Positions 51,157 to 64,000 of a stretch of DNA of 64,000 nucleotides are shown piece by piece; the stretch's first letter is position 1; every line of letters begins with the position of its first letter. The position numbers and the translations under genes are program-made. A model generated the notes under the pieces. It worked only from the letters and a program-made list of their open reading frames with translations, searched no databases and was not told the DNA's origin. The DNA comes from Lama guanicoe (Eukaryota): the NCBI GenBank assembly GCA_013239625.1, contig MU053487.1, positions 3,679,058 through 3,743,057 on the forward strand, read 5' to 3'.

Positions 51157-54100
51157 AAAAACTCATAATGTTTCTACTTTATTTCTCCATGCCAAACCTT
51201 TAGTATATAAATACTTTTGAATATGATTCAGCTGCCCCAAATTAAAATGTCTATGTAATGAGATAATGCAAATTACAATATACTTAATAATTTGAAGGGA
51301 ATGCATGCTAGGGATAAGTGTTTTTATTAAAAACATATAAAATCTTTTATCTTTCTTCTATTTCTGATACCCTCTCCCAACAGAATTCTTATCCTATCCA
51401 ACAGGTCTCTATCAGAGTGTATCATTAACAAACCTTCAGAATTCTTGGGTGAGGGAACCTGGCAAGCACTGTGAGTCCTCATAATTTTTAAAACTGTGGC
51501 TTACACATGCCCAGGTATATTTAAGAAAGCTAAACACTTTCTAAGGATAAAGTGCAAGCTTGATTCAACAAGAATATTAACATCACCACATAGACGATTT
51601 TTTGCCATTTGTAAATTCCTGGATGTCAATTTCATAACTGATTAAGGGTTTTTAGGGATGTTGGGGTCTTCTAGCATCAGACTTAACTAGATGACATAAT
51701 TTCATAAAGGACATCACGGCAAATGCATCCTTTAATACATGGCATTACTCTTCAACACACTCTAATATGTCTCTCTCTCTTTCACCAAAGCTTTATCTAA
51801 GTTATAAATGACCTCCAGGGTACCAAATCCAGATGAACTTTTAGATCTTGACTTATTTTGTTTTCAGGAGGATTTGACACAGTTAACCACTCTCTTTTTC
51901 TTGAAATTCTTTCTCTTTGTTCCATCTGAGACTTCATCGAAGACTTATTTTCTACCTGGCTGTTAAATATTGGAGCTTCTTGGGGTTCTGTCCTAGCCCT
52001 CTTCTGTAACTCCTCTATGGAAATATGATCTTTTCACATGGATTTAACTTCCACTCAAACTTCTCTTTTGTGCCAGTCCTGACTACCTGCCTCTTCTTTT
52101 TGGATATCTCCTTCATCTAAACTGGCTTCTTCCTCTTCCTTATTTTGTTAAATACACCATCAAGCACCTAGATGCACATACATCATAAAGCCATAGGCTC
52201 TCTACCTCTCCCTCACTCTCTAAGCCCATCCATCTTTTATCTGACCTTTGTGCTTAGTTATTATCTGGTCTCTCTGAATATTCTATTTTGCCTACATATA
52301 CAGCAACCATCATAATCATTTTTAAAATGTAAATCTGATTATAAGCTCCTCTGACTACACCTTTCAAAGGCTTCCTATGCCCTCACGACAGTGTCTAAGT
52401 TCATTCACATCGTGTGTAAGGCCAAGCATGGTCTGGTCCCTTCCCATACCTCCTTCCACATCACTCTTTCCCTTGCTTTCCTCCCAGTAGCTACCCTGGT
52501 ATTCCTTCAATGACTCAAACTCACCAAGTTCCTTCTGCTTTGATAGCTTTAGACATGCGTTTTTTTCTCTCAATAATTTTTTTTCCTTTCTTTCCTGACT
52601 AGCTTCTATTTTTCCTTCAGTTTAGCTTAAATATCACTTCTTTACAGCAGCCTTTCCTGACCCTCTGGACTATACTAGTTTTCTTTTCCATGCATTTGCA
52701 CGGCAGCCTGTACTGTCATGGTTGCCAATGATTTCAGTAATTATCTGTTCAGCATCTGCTCCAATGTTAGGAAGTAAGCTCCCTGAGGCCAGAGACCATG
52801 CCTATCTCTCCCCCTGATTTACTATTAGTACCTAGAATAAGGTGACACATGTAAGTGTTTGATAAATATTTGAGTGAATGGTGCTGACTTTCTTGGAGAC
52901 AGGCTGTTTTAAAGGAGGGTGATGAATGTGACCCATGATTGTTCAGTCTAGAATTTTTGTTGTCAGCATGCCTGATTTGACCTTGGCGTGGAAAAGATTG
53001 TTCCCACTCCCCAGACAAGCTGAGCCTGACTGGGCTTCTCTGGTGTAGAGAGAGGAGCCTGGAGCTATATGTGGAGGCAAGAAGGCTGAAGTGGGGAGAA
53101 GACGACGGAAAGAGAATTCAATTACATTTACCAAGAGAGAGTCATTGCAATACAACAGAAAGAACTATGATTTAGGAGTGAGGAGACCTGGGTTCAGTCC
53201 CGGACCTTCTGCTGACTTGGTTTCTGATACGAGGTTTTTGTTGCTGCTGTTGTTGTTTGTCTCTGAGAAGCAGTTACCACACAGAAAGATGAGAAAGTAC
53301 TCTGAGGTAAGTTTTGTGACTGCTGGTGTCTTATGAATCTGGAAATAATGCTATGACTTTGACTCATTCTGAGTGTGCTCTTATGAGGAAACTAAGGTTT
53401 TGTCTAGTTAAGGCTTAAGTAGGTTCCATGAAGACAGGTTGACTGCAACAGCAAACATCAGGACTGGGTTTGGTCATGCACCTGCCGGAAGTACTTCTCC
53501 TTGACATGACTGATCTGTTCAGTTGCCTTCTGGATACTACTCTTGGAGGAATAAGATGATTGTCCTTCTTATTTATTTTGGTTCTTTAATCTCTAGGGAA
53601 TGGGAGACAACAGATCTGTGATCTCTTGGCTCCAGTCAAATGTGAGCATGGCCTTAGGCCTTTGAGCTTTAGGGATTCTCTTTGGAAACTGCCATAGCCT
53701 GGAAGTGCTCAGCTGAGCTGCTGGAGGTTGCAAGGTGAGTCAGGAATACTTAGAATTCTTCCATTCTCAGTCATTGCTAAAGGCTTACTGTGCATTTAGC
53801 ACTCACGGGTGTTGTGGAAGATGGTGTGGTGCAGAGGAAAGAGCACTGGGCTAGAAGTTAGAAGACTGGAATCCCAGTCACAGATCTGTAATAAACCTTG
53901 CTCAGTCTTCAGGTATCTTCTCTCTCTGGATTTGCTTTCTCATTTGTACAATGAGGGAATTGGTCTTGATGTACACTGAGGCCCTTCCATCTTGACAAAA
54001 AGCCATGTTTCTTGCTTTAGAGGCTTTTGAGTCAGGGAGAAAAGAAACCCTAACAATTAGGAAACAACTAGAAAAAAACATATAGGCTATATTATGTGGT

Positions 54101-55254
54101 TCTGACAATGGGCTTTTAAGCCATAAAGACAAGTGCCTGAGGGTACTGAAGACACATCACATAAATGGGAGAAACTGGTGAAGGCTTCCTGCAGGAGACT
54201 GTTTGTAGAGTGTTTTTATGACTGTATGTGTCATAGTATGTATGTCACATACTATAGCTAGGAAAGGCACAAGTGCACTGTGTGCTCAGAGACCTAAAAG
54301 AACATGCAAATTCACACCTAGGCTGACAGTTCCCACTGGAGCACTTTCTCTCTGGGTCTGGCCTTGGCTGAACACCTCCTAAAAGCATCAGTAATTACAT
54401 AAGGCCCCGTTCCAATGAAGCAATTCTATGGTTGTTCACCTTCTTCTTAAACATTAATTATTTCAGAGTCAAATATGTTTCTTGTGAACAATAATCCCCC
54501 TTTTTTGTTGCTAAGTTTCAAAAGAAAATACATGCAAATTCTGACAGGTAGAAATGGGTTTTGGACAAGTTTCTAAGGCAAGAGCGCTGTGAATATTATG
54601 CCAATGCCAACCAATATAATGCAGTCCATTCATTTATTCAAGGGAAGCAAAAGGTACTCAGAAAATCCTGTGCTGCTGTGTGGCTCTGGACATTGAAGGA
54701 ATCCGCCTTTTGTCCACAAATCACATTCTGATTTGGCCCTAAAATTCTGCTCTCAAATGGCAAATGACAAAAATAGCCTATCTCCTTTCAGGTCACTGCT
54801 TAAATGTCACTTCCTCAGAGAGGCCTTCCTTGATCGTGCCTTTCTAAATTAGATGCCTTCAAGATGCTCTCCCAAAGAATCCTATTCTGTCTTAATACTT
54901 ATCACAGTTTATAATTCTCCTTATTTGTATGTTTGTTTAATATCTGTCTGCCCCAGTAGACTGTAAGGCCTCTGAGGGCAGAAACAAATTCATTCTGTCC
55001 ACAGCTGTGTCCCCCACCCAGTGCCTTGCACAGTGTGCAGCATGAAATAATGTCATTAGGTTAAAATGGGGCCTCAATGAAATAGTCACACTTAAAAACC
55101 TATATGGCACATGCTTAGTGTTTCAGATCTCTCAAAATGCACTATATGATTTCATCTATTATTTGAGCCTTCTAAAACTTTTAATGCATTTTTACCTCTC
55201 CTTCAATATAATAAAATATTTCCCATTGCGGGGGGTAAGAAGCCAATATGTAGA

Positions 55255-55520
55255 GAGGCAACAGAGTGTAATGGTTAAATTCTTGGATTCTAGAGCCAGA
55301 CTATCTGGGTTAAAATCCCCACTCTACACATTTCTAGCTGTGGGACACTGGGAAGTTTACTGAACTTTTCTGTCCCCAGTTTTCTCACCCATAAAACAGG
55401 CATAATAATAGCACTGTGAGGTAATCATGAGAATTAAGTAAGTGCTTAGAACAACACTGCTATATAGTCTTAAGAACAATGACTGGGACATAGAAAGCAT
55501 ATATTAATTTTGCTGTTAAT
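55255..55520 (+). mobile_element. MIR SINE (one of many; others near 20-240, 1400-1570, 6060-6280, 15700-15850)
   Basis: MIR core ctgtgggacactgggaagtttactgaacttttctgtccccagttttctcacccataaaacagg. Confidence 0.75.
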
Positions 55521-56421
55521 ATTATTATTCCCCAAGGGAACAAAATTATTAAGTAGTTGACCCAGAAGTGCTACATAATCCATCTGATTTCACATCAAAC
55601 CTGACAGTCTCCTTGAAGTACAACTATCTCTAGTCAACAGATGAAGAATCTGAGACTTGGGTGGATGATGGAATTTGCCTGAGTCCTCCAGCTAGAAAGA
55701 GGCACAGCTGGGACAACCCAGATAAATGCAGTGCTTTTTACATTCCGGCACCCACGCTGTCAGGTTCCCCAGGGTTCCCTTTCTCCTGCCCTCAGGCTGA
55801 GGTTCCAGAGCTAGGACTGGAATAGGTGGGAGCAGGAGATACAGTGCAGTGTCTGGACAAATGCTGAACCAGCTGGCCAGCCTGGAAGTTCAGAGATGAC
55901 CCTATTATTAACCCATTTCTATAGATTAGGCACTAAAGCCTTGAGGTTGACGTAGCCAAGGTCAGAGCCTATTGGGGACCTAAGTCATTATTCTTACCTG
56001 TTCTGCCCAGAAGATAAAGAAAAAAAAACATTTGCACTGGTTCTTTTGGGGATTATTACTGGTGATTTCTTTCAATAGAGGGATAATATACATACATGAA
56101 ATAAGGGGATCTAATCTTAAGTTTACAGTTTGATGCTTTTTTTTTAACTTCTGCAAACACCTGTGTAACTACTCCCAAGACCAAGATACGGAACATTACC
56201 TGCACCCCAGAAGACTCCCCTGTTCACCACTATTCTGATTTCTATCATCAGGGTCGGCACTTTCTTAGGTCTCTCAGATCCTTTGCCTATGTCTCCTTGC
56301 CCTGCACTTCTCTCTTCTTCATCTATCTAAAGCCCACCCACTCTTCAGGGCCTCCCTCAAATCCTATCTCCTTTAAGCATCCCTGATTTGTCCTGCCAGT
56401 CAGTTCTGTGAGCACCACAGA

Positions 56422-56422
<1 letters not shown>

Positions 56423-56483
<61 letters not shown>

Positions 56484-56493
56484 ACTACTACTA
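56423..56493 (+). repeat. Compound trinucleotide microsatellite (TAA)n(CAA)n(TAC)n
   Basis: Directly visible. Confidence 0.97.
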
Positions 56494-58081
56494 GCACAAC
56501 CCAGTCCACCTCCTTTCCTTAGGACTGTGTCTAATGCAAGGTCAAGCTCACACCTGCCGATGCATTCGTACTCGGCTTTGAGTGCCTCGGCCCCTCCCTG
56601 CAGAGTGTGAACAAAGCATTTCCAGTAGAGCTCCCCTCCTGTCACCTCGGAGCCAGTCAGTGCCATGTGGCAAGGAGAATGCCTCCCAAGTGGCAGGGAA
56701 CCTGGTTCCTGCTCCCTGTGCCAGTAACCAGCTATGGGACCTTGAATAATGAGTGGGCTTTGAGAATAAGTCACTGAAACTGAAATTCCAAGTCTCAGTT
56801 TCTTTAACTATAAAATGAGGGCATTGGACTAAATAATAAGAAATAGTAGCTAACAGCCCTTACTAGGTCCTTTATACATCCCCCTGTTTGAACCTCATGA
56901 TCGTCTCATGAAGTAGGTATTACGGCCATTTCACAGCTGAAGACACAAAAGGGAGTGGGGAGAGTTGCCTAATGTGCTAATAAATAGCAAAGCTGGGACA
57001 CTATCCAAGGTCTGGCTCCTCCAGGAGGCCCGTGCTCTTAGTCCCTGTACTCTCCACCTGCCTGTGGTCACTATGACCTCTTCCCGCTCTTCTGATCCAG
57101 TTCATGAAACATGACTCCAGTCCTCTTTGGAGCACCAGGGGAAGGCATGACAATGACTAGCAAGGAAAGAGGAGTGACCATGGGGTCTAATAAGTAAGAC
57201 AGACCACAGTGACATCTTCCCCAAGGACAAAGAGTTCTAAGCCTCCCAGAATTGATGCCAGAAGGCAAGGGAGAGAACACATTTGCTTGAAGCGGGAGAG
57301 TGGGAGAAGGTGCTACTATGTGTGAATCTTCTCCCCATATGACCCAGAACCCCAAGCTATGATTTTTATTCAGGAAGCACTTACTGAGCTGCTGGTGTGT
57401 ACAGAGTTGTGATGGGGGTATAAAAATCAAGAAGGCTGAGACTCTGCCATTCAGAAACTCACTCTGGTGGGCACGCACCATACAAAGAAACGTAAATGAA
57501 GCTGTGAGGCAGAAGCAGAGAAGGGGAGAGAGGGCACTGCATCTTTTAGGAGAATGAGGTCTTTCCAGGGCTTTGAAGGACAGGTGAGATCTGGGCAGGA
57601 AGTGATTAGGCAGCAAGGGTGAGCCCAACGATGAGGAACGCATGAGGACAGGCACAGCAGTCATGGGGGGAAGGGGCGGCGTTTCCTTCATGGGATCAGG
57701 AGGTACGGACCCCACGCACATGGTGTTGGTTTGTACATGGGATGTAGGATGGGTCTGTTCTGGGAGATGGGGAGCTAATGGAAAGCAGGAGGCTGCTGCT
57801 CATAAAAAGCTGAGGTCTCAGGAGTCTTTTTGACTTGTCTGGGCTCTGACACAAGGGAATGCATGCCCAGAGCGAGCGATCACTGGTTCTTCTCCTCCCA
57901 GAACAGCATTTCCTTGGCAATATTTATTTGAGAAAGACACCTTATCCCCCATTTACCATTACAGACCCTTCTCTTTTTCCATTTCCTTCTGATAATGATT
58001 TTCTTAAAACCATCCTTGCACATATCTACTCTTACATATATCTGGGGCAAAAAAATGCTAATGTTTCACTTTAAATGCTTG

Positions 58082-58082
<1 letters not shown>

Positions 58083-58157
<75 letters not shown>
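58083..58157 (+). repeat. Compound trinucleotide microsatellite (TTA)n(TCA)n
   Basis: Directly visible. Confidence 0.97.
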
Positions 58158-58746
58158 CCATTATTTAATTACTAAGTGAGTGGACAGGGAACCAGCAAAT
58201 TACTTCCTAAGACCAGTCTAAGATCCTCCTAACATTTGAAATCAACTTTACGCCATTTCAAAACAAATTCTTCCATCAAACTAAAAGCAATTCATTTTGC
58301 TCTGTCATTTCCACCTTCCTCCCACACCAGGCGGCTGGAAGCTCACCTTTTAGGCTGCTGTTACTCAAAATACATATGTGTGGTTGCTTCTACCTCCTTC
58401 ATTCTGCAAGTTCAATAAAGCTTGCGTTTTAAAATCATAGCAGACTGTTCTCTCTTTTTCTGGCACTCATCCAAGCAGGTAATCTCAAACAGCAAATCAT
58501 GATCAAAAATCAAATGTACACTAAGTGCACTTAAACTATGAGGGGAAAATAAGCCAAACAGAGCCAGAACCATAGAAATTTCTGAATGAGTCATTCTTTT
58601 GAATTGCAGATTTGGGGCTAAAAACAAAGCAGAGGTGGCTTTAGATCTACCTGTTGTCATCCTCTCTAAACATGTATAAATGCTCCCCGGAGGCTTGGAA
58701 AACACCCTTGGTCACCTGGTTTGTCTTTTTCACCACAATCTTAAAG

Positions 58747-58926
58747 CAGGAATTCCTCAACCTGCTTGCCCATCAGAATGTTCTGGAGAGCACTGAAAAA
58801 AATATAGATTCCTACTGTTCACTCCTAGAACTTAAGATTCAGTAGGATTTGAGTGGGGTCCAGGAGTCTGTTTCTAAAAAGTTCTCCAGGTTATTCTGAT
58901 TTGTGACCAAGAGTGGAAACCACTGC
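58747..58926. mobile_element. MER5A-like hAT MITE
   Basis: caggaattcctcaacc ... gagtggaaaccactg with internal ctccaggttattctgat. Confidence 0.7.
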
Positions 58927-59480
58927 TTTCAACCTTACTCATATTTCTCTAACAAAAGGACTTGTTGCCTTGAGTTTGCAGCAAAACTTATCTCTAAAGC
59001 AATGTCTCACCTCCTACCCAAAGACCATGGACTCTCTACTTCCTATGTCCTTTCTTATTTAGTTTTAAGCATTTTCATCAACACTCACGATATTTGGCCT
59101 CTGTTACCACAGCTTTGGTAAAATTTCTGAAATCACACATGCTAATAAAACATCTCTTTATATCCGTGTGACTCTTTGAAGAGTGTACACTTGACATTGA
59201 TGTGGCATACACTTTTGATCGTATTTCGACTTAGCCATAATTCCCCCCCACCTTATCCTTCAGAGGAAGGGAATCTGTGAGAGTTGTCAATATAAACAAA
59301 TTAACAATAACTACTCTCTAAGAATAATGTGTATTTGGGGAAGGGAATGGATTCAAACAGCCTCCAGAGCATGCCTCATTTTTGGATCATGGACAAAACC
59401 TGTAATTCTTCCCATATTGCCCCAAACATAAATCTTTACACCATTAGCCAGAGACAGGCCCCTAAGTCCCACAGTCAAAC

Positions 59481-59700
59481 CTTTGCTGCTCAATCTTGTC
59501 TTCTAGGTGAGAGATCGTCTCTTCTATCCCAGACTGCCTCCATTGGAAACCATGAGCTCCTGGAACAGATGTTCAGCTTAAAATTCAAGCACAGCAAGGA
59601 GATACTCCAACTGACGTCTGCTTGGAGGCTGTGAGCGACTCTGGGAGGGGAAGCACGTCCGGGAGCCCCAGTTTGGCAAAGACTTACACTTGGTTGTCCT
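59481..59700 (-). other. SCN10A: Probable non-coding first exon (5'UTR) of SCN10A; 5' end approximate
   Basis: Ends ...CATGGTTTCCAATGG...GAAGAGACGATCTC...GAGCAGCAAAG|GTTTGA. Splicing to 41772 gives GAGCAGCAAAG-AGTATAAATTCTTCC, matching my recollection of the rodent Nav1.8 mRNA leader (GAGCAGCAAAG-AGTGTAAATTCTTCC). Confidence 0.7.
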
Positions 59701-60150
59701 CCTCAGTGAGGTGGTTCGGCCTGTCTGATGGGAACCTTGCTGTTGTTCACAGAACTGCAAGGCATCCTGCTTTCTTGGGTGTCCTTCCCATTTCCCGTCA
59801 CGAGATCCACCCCGGCTGCGGATGCTCCAGAAAGTGCACTCTTCGGATGGATGCGGGCTGTGGGGAGGGGGTGGAGATGCTTATGTGTGATTAGATGGTA
59901 AAGTAACAAATGTGATTTTAAATGATCTCATGGGAAATGCTGAAACTTGAGGAAGCAAAGAAGCTGCACTTTAGATTACAATGCCTCCAGCGTCCAAGAT
60001 AGAGTCCCAGTCCCTAGCAAGTCTGCCTCGGAGAGCCGGACAGGCAGTTTCCCACCATTGACCCAGGAGAGCAGAGCTGCACTCATTCATATGGTGCCTT
60101 CCTTGTTTCTATGTTCTGGTTCCAGAACAAACACTCACATTTATTATTGT
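59700..60150 (-). promoter_or_regulatory. Putative SCN10A proximal promoter
   Basis: Non-repetitive, mildly CpG-containing sequence immediately upstream of the inferred first exon; positional inference only. Confidence 0.5.
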
Positions 60151-61892
60151 TCCCCCTCCCCAACCAAAACTTTAAAATTTTTTTGCTTGTATTTTGAAAA
60201 AATTTAATTGAAAAATGTATTTGAGTAATTCTCCCATACTTTGTGTATACTCAGTAATAGGTCAGGTCTTATGAAACATAGGTTTGAAATGAAATTACAA
60301 AAAAGGTCTAAAACCTCAGATTTGGTAAAAGAAAAGAGCAGGAGAAAATAACCTGTCCACATGGCCATGGGACCAAGGCAGAGGGGAGTGAAGCTGACAG
60401 GTCAGCCCATCCTGACTACTCTGAGGCTGCCTGGCTCACCCTGGGCTGGCATGGGAGTCATCCATCAAGGCCAGTCTACCTTGTAGGAAACTGGCTGAAT
60501 GTTTTATTGCATTACAACTTCATTTATTCAAAATTTCCCAAGTCAAACAAAAAGCAGCTTCTTCAGGTCAGGAGTAAGTTCTTATGAATCAGTTCTTATG
60601 AAGTGTTGGTCTCTCCCTACAGGAGCTAAAACCTTGGAAGAAACAGGCCAAGGAGGGCCGACACCCCTGCTCTAAGGCATACCTCAGTAGAAGGGTGGAG
60701 GCTGGAAGGTTTGGGTATCACAATGTCTCCGTAATGGGAAGGAGGGGAGGATGGTGCTTCTTCTGCCACAGCAACCGCTTCAAGATGCTTGTGGTCCATC
60801 CAGGCCATGGCATCTGAGTAATTGCCTCAAAAGATGAAGCTTCCAGAATATTTATGGATGGAATGACATGATGTCTGGGATTTGCTGCAGAATAGCCTAA
60901 GAAGGAGAGGATGAAGATGAAACAAGATTGGCCACAAATAGATAATTGTGAAATTGGAGAAGGTAAGGATTTATTATCCTATTCTTTCCAATTTGGTATA
61001 TGCTTGAATTTCTATAACAAAATGTTTTAAAAATATTTTCCTACAAAGGAAAAGCCTACAAAGCCTATTAGTAATAGGCTGTTCTATTATGTGGATTATG
61101 ACACTATATTGATCTTAACTTTATAAAAAAAATATTATAGCTATCTCCATGCCCCACAGATACTGGGCCACTGTCAGATGCTTGAACACATCATGCTGTC
61201 TTCCAATTCAGAGACTCTGGAGATGTTGTCCTTTCTTGTTTTCTTATATTTCATTTTCTCTTCTTCCCTTCACTCACTCACTTCTAGTGGTCCTTTTTTC
61301 TCAGACTGAACATGACTCCCTTGAGATTCCCTGACCCTCCAAATCAAACTCATGTTATTCCCTCCCATGGATTTTTTTCATTCACTCCACATATATTTAT
61401 TGAATACCACCTACATGCCAAGAGCCCACTGTCTAATCGGGAGACAGACATTGGACAAATAATTCTGAAAATGGCTGTGATAATGTGCCTTGTGATTACA
61501 TATCCCCTGATAATGCAAATCCAGACAGACAGCAATCAGTGATTGGCTCTCATCCGTGGTCACTTCGTGAGCCTCATGTTAACGCAACACACATGCTACA
61601 CGACTGAACTTTTGGGGCCTCACTTAAGGCGTGATGAGAGGATTTTACTGTGCAACCAATTTATATCATTGAAAATGTAAAGCATTTCTTCAAGCCATTT
61701 GTTCTATGCCTATCTGCCCTCGTACTGTATTTATTTAACTAGTGTTTCATAAGAACCTATGTGTCATCTGTGCTGAGTGCTGAGCTTATAGAAATGAAAA
61801 GGTGAAGTTCTGCTCTCACAGACCTTACATTCAGGGGGTGGGAGGTTGGGGGTGGAAATAAGCAGTTAAGAAACTAAAGAATGCATATGCGA

Positions 61893-62775
61893 TGTGATTT
61901 ATAACAGAAATACATATTTGACCTTCACCCCCGTTTCTGGCACAGAGTTCCTGAAACTTGAAATTTCCTAGGTGATGAGAGCCCCTAAAGGTAACTTCTG
62001 GAGTGCACTTAAGGATGGTTGTATGTTAGAGGATTAGAACTTTTGGTCTCACCCCTTACCTCTGGGGAGGGGAGGGGGCTGGAGGTTGAATCAGTTCCCA
62101 ATGGCCAATGATTTGATCAATGGTGCCTCTGTAATGAAGCCTCCATAAAAATCCAAAAGGATGGGATTTGGGGGAACCTCTGGGTGAATGAGTAGCTGGA
62201 GATTCAGGGAGACTAAGGCTGGGAGAGGTCATGGACAGTTCTCGGCCCTTGCCTGTACCTTGCCCTGTGCATCTTTAAAAAAATTTTTTTTACTATTATT
62301 TTTAAATGGAGGTACTGGGGATTGAACCCAGGGTCTCGTGCATGCTAACTAAGCATGTGCTCTATCACTGAGCTATATCCATGCCCCCACCCCCATGCAT
62401 CTCTTCTATCTGGCTATTCCTGAGTTATATCTTTTTATAACAAACCAGTAATCTGTGAGCAAATGAGTTCCCTGAGAGCCATCCTAGCAAATTAATCCAA
62501 CCCAAGGAAGGGGCGATGGGAACCTCTGCTTTATAGCCAGTTGGTCAGAAGCACAGGTGACAACCTGTGCTTGCAACTGGCATCTGAAGAGGACGGTGGT
62601 CTTGCAGGTCTGAGCCCTTAGCTTGTGGACTCTGATGCTTTCCCTGGGTAGACGGTGTCAGAACTGAGTTGAATTGTAAGACACCCAGCTTGCTGGGTGT
62701 CAAACATGGATTTGCTTGATGGATGTGAGGGAAACCTCCCTACCACACACACGTTGGAACTGGGTGCTCAGGACG
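61893..62775 (+). mobile_element. MER21-like LTR interrupted by a SINE
   Basis: tgtgatttataa start; gattagaacttttggtctcacccc, ccaatggccaatgatttgatcaat, agccagttggtcagaagcacaggtgacaacc. Confidence 0.75.
62275..62395 (-). mobile_element. tRNA-derived SINE (camelid Vic-1-like)
   Basis: ggaggtactggggattgaacccagggtctcgtgcatgcta...ctgagctatatcc; TSD tgcatct at 62268-62274 and 62396-62402. Confidence 0.9.
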
Positions 62776-64000
62776 CTTCTAGCATATTTAAGAAGAAATA
62801 TTTTTGAGAAAGTAACATACTTTGCAGAGTCTTCCTCTGCTCCAGACAACCAGAGAATTATTTTTCACCCCTTTTAACTCAACCTCACAAGTCTTCTTCT
62901 CCGTAAGTTACTGCCTTCCTTCTGTGTTTCACAGGTATGTCTCGTGTTCATCTCTCTAAGCTTTATTTGTGCTCCTTGAGAAGTGTGACTGTCTCGTCTG
63001 ACATGCCTCACAGTACTGAGCACACAGTAGGTCAACAAAGACACTTTCTGTGGGGCTAGGAGTCCCTTCAGGGCAGGACCCAGGACTTATCCTCTGTCCC
63101 CAGCCCCTGGTACCATGCCTGTCAGGACAGAGAGGTCTTGAGCTCGGATTAATAGAAGAAAGAAAGGAATTGCTCCTTTTCATCCATCAGCGAATTGTTG
63201 GGCTTGCATTTATCTAATTGTTTTGGATAAGATGATGTTTTTAGCCTGCTAGTGTACCAATTGCTTGTACGTACGAGGGCTTTTTAGCTTACACTTTACT
63301 TTGAATAATGATACTTGATGGATATCTGGAGGAGCAAATGGTCCTTGTTTTATAGGTGGGGAGACTGGGTGTAGAGAGGTTGAGAGGCTTCACCTGTGAC
63401 CCCTGGCTCTCCAGTATGAGGACAAGGGTTAAGAACACAAGGTTCCCTAATCCAAGGCTCTTGATACCACAAGTTCCCCAGATGTGACCCCGCCTCCTTC
63501 CGTTCCCACTCCTTGGACAAGCCATCTCCTTTCAGGCAGTAACCGTCCCCGGGAATCATGACAGTGGTTAAGATGCAGTGGAAGGAAGAGAATCATTGCC
63601 AGTTTCTTGTCTCTCTATTCTCCTTTCTTCTCTGAGCCCCTGCCATCCATCTCTGTGCCTGAGATGTGCCCTGGACACAGGCTGAGAGGGCGAGGAGGAG
63701 TCCAGTGGCGAGGGCGCTCTGTGGAGTCTGGGCTCCCTGTCAGAACTCCAAGCACCAAGGAAAGGAGAGCAGCTTGGTTTCCATGGCGACCTGCCCACCC
63801 AGTCCCTGCAGCTGCAGCCCCTCTCTGGCCCCCTGAGGCGGGGACTGTGGGTGACCCGAGCCAGTCCTGTGCCCACGTCGGCCCTCGCCAGGTTCAGGCC
63901 CGAGGCAGGCTATTCATTCTGAGCTGGAGCTCTGCCTGACACGGTTCCCATGGGGACGGCTGTGGGCACACGCTGCCTGCGGTCAGATCCCCAGATCAGA

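Larger units (their letters stand above)
2300..59700 (-). other. SCN10A: SCN10A gene span in this window (5' part; 3' part continues beyond position 1)
   Basis: 13 exons join in frame into a Nav alpha subunit. The N-terminus MEFPFGS...FRRFTPESL, the TQDSWE pore loop, the I-II loop (RRRASHGSVFHF) and exon sizes 270/119/81/129/92/192/64/142/198/171/294/109/239 fit Nav1.8 rather than Nav1.5 or Nav1.9. Confidence 0.96.

Noticed and set aside
56400..56774. ORF with a poly-Val/poly-Ile hydrophobic tail
   Set aside because: Artefact of translating the microsatellite.
57071..57721. Longest ORF in the track (216 aa, minus strand)
   Set aside because: No recognisable domain, no ATG start, and it overlaps sequence with L2 3'-end character; treated as a chance intronic ORF.

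Overview
Mammalian genomic DNA, probably camelid (alpaca/llama/camel) judging by its tRNA-derived SINEs and young L1 3' ends. It carries the 5' half of SCN10A (Nav1.8, TTX-resistant nociceptor sodium channel) on the minus strand. A probable non-coding first exon lies near 59.5-59.7 kb, followed by a ~17.7 kb first intron and 13 coding exons (41740 down to 2300). These join to 2100 nt / 700 aa in one frame, covering the N-terminus, domain I, the I-II loop and DII-S1; the gene continues past position 1. Most of the rest is interspersed repeats (L1, L2, MIR, LTRs, DNA transposon relics, SINEs). Main points of interest: (1) coding exon 6 has no in-frame GT donor and appears to need a weak GC donor, while the adjacent exon-like 30 nt carry a stop codon and a dead donor; (2) intron 1 holds a dense cluster of REST/NRSF RE1 motifs; (3) one U12 intron is of the GT-AG subtype; (4) there are several radical amino-acid changes at normally conserved positions; (5) an out-of-frame upstream ATG sits at -8. 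No novel multi-gene system is evident. Orthologue comparisons are from memory and need confirmation by alignment.
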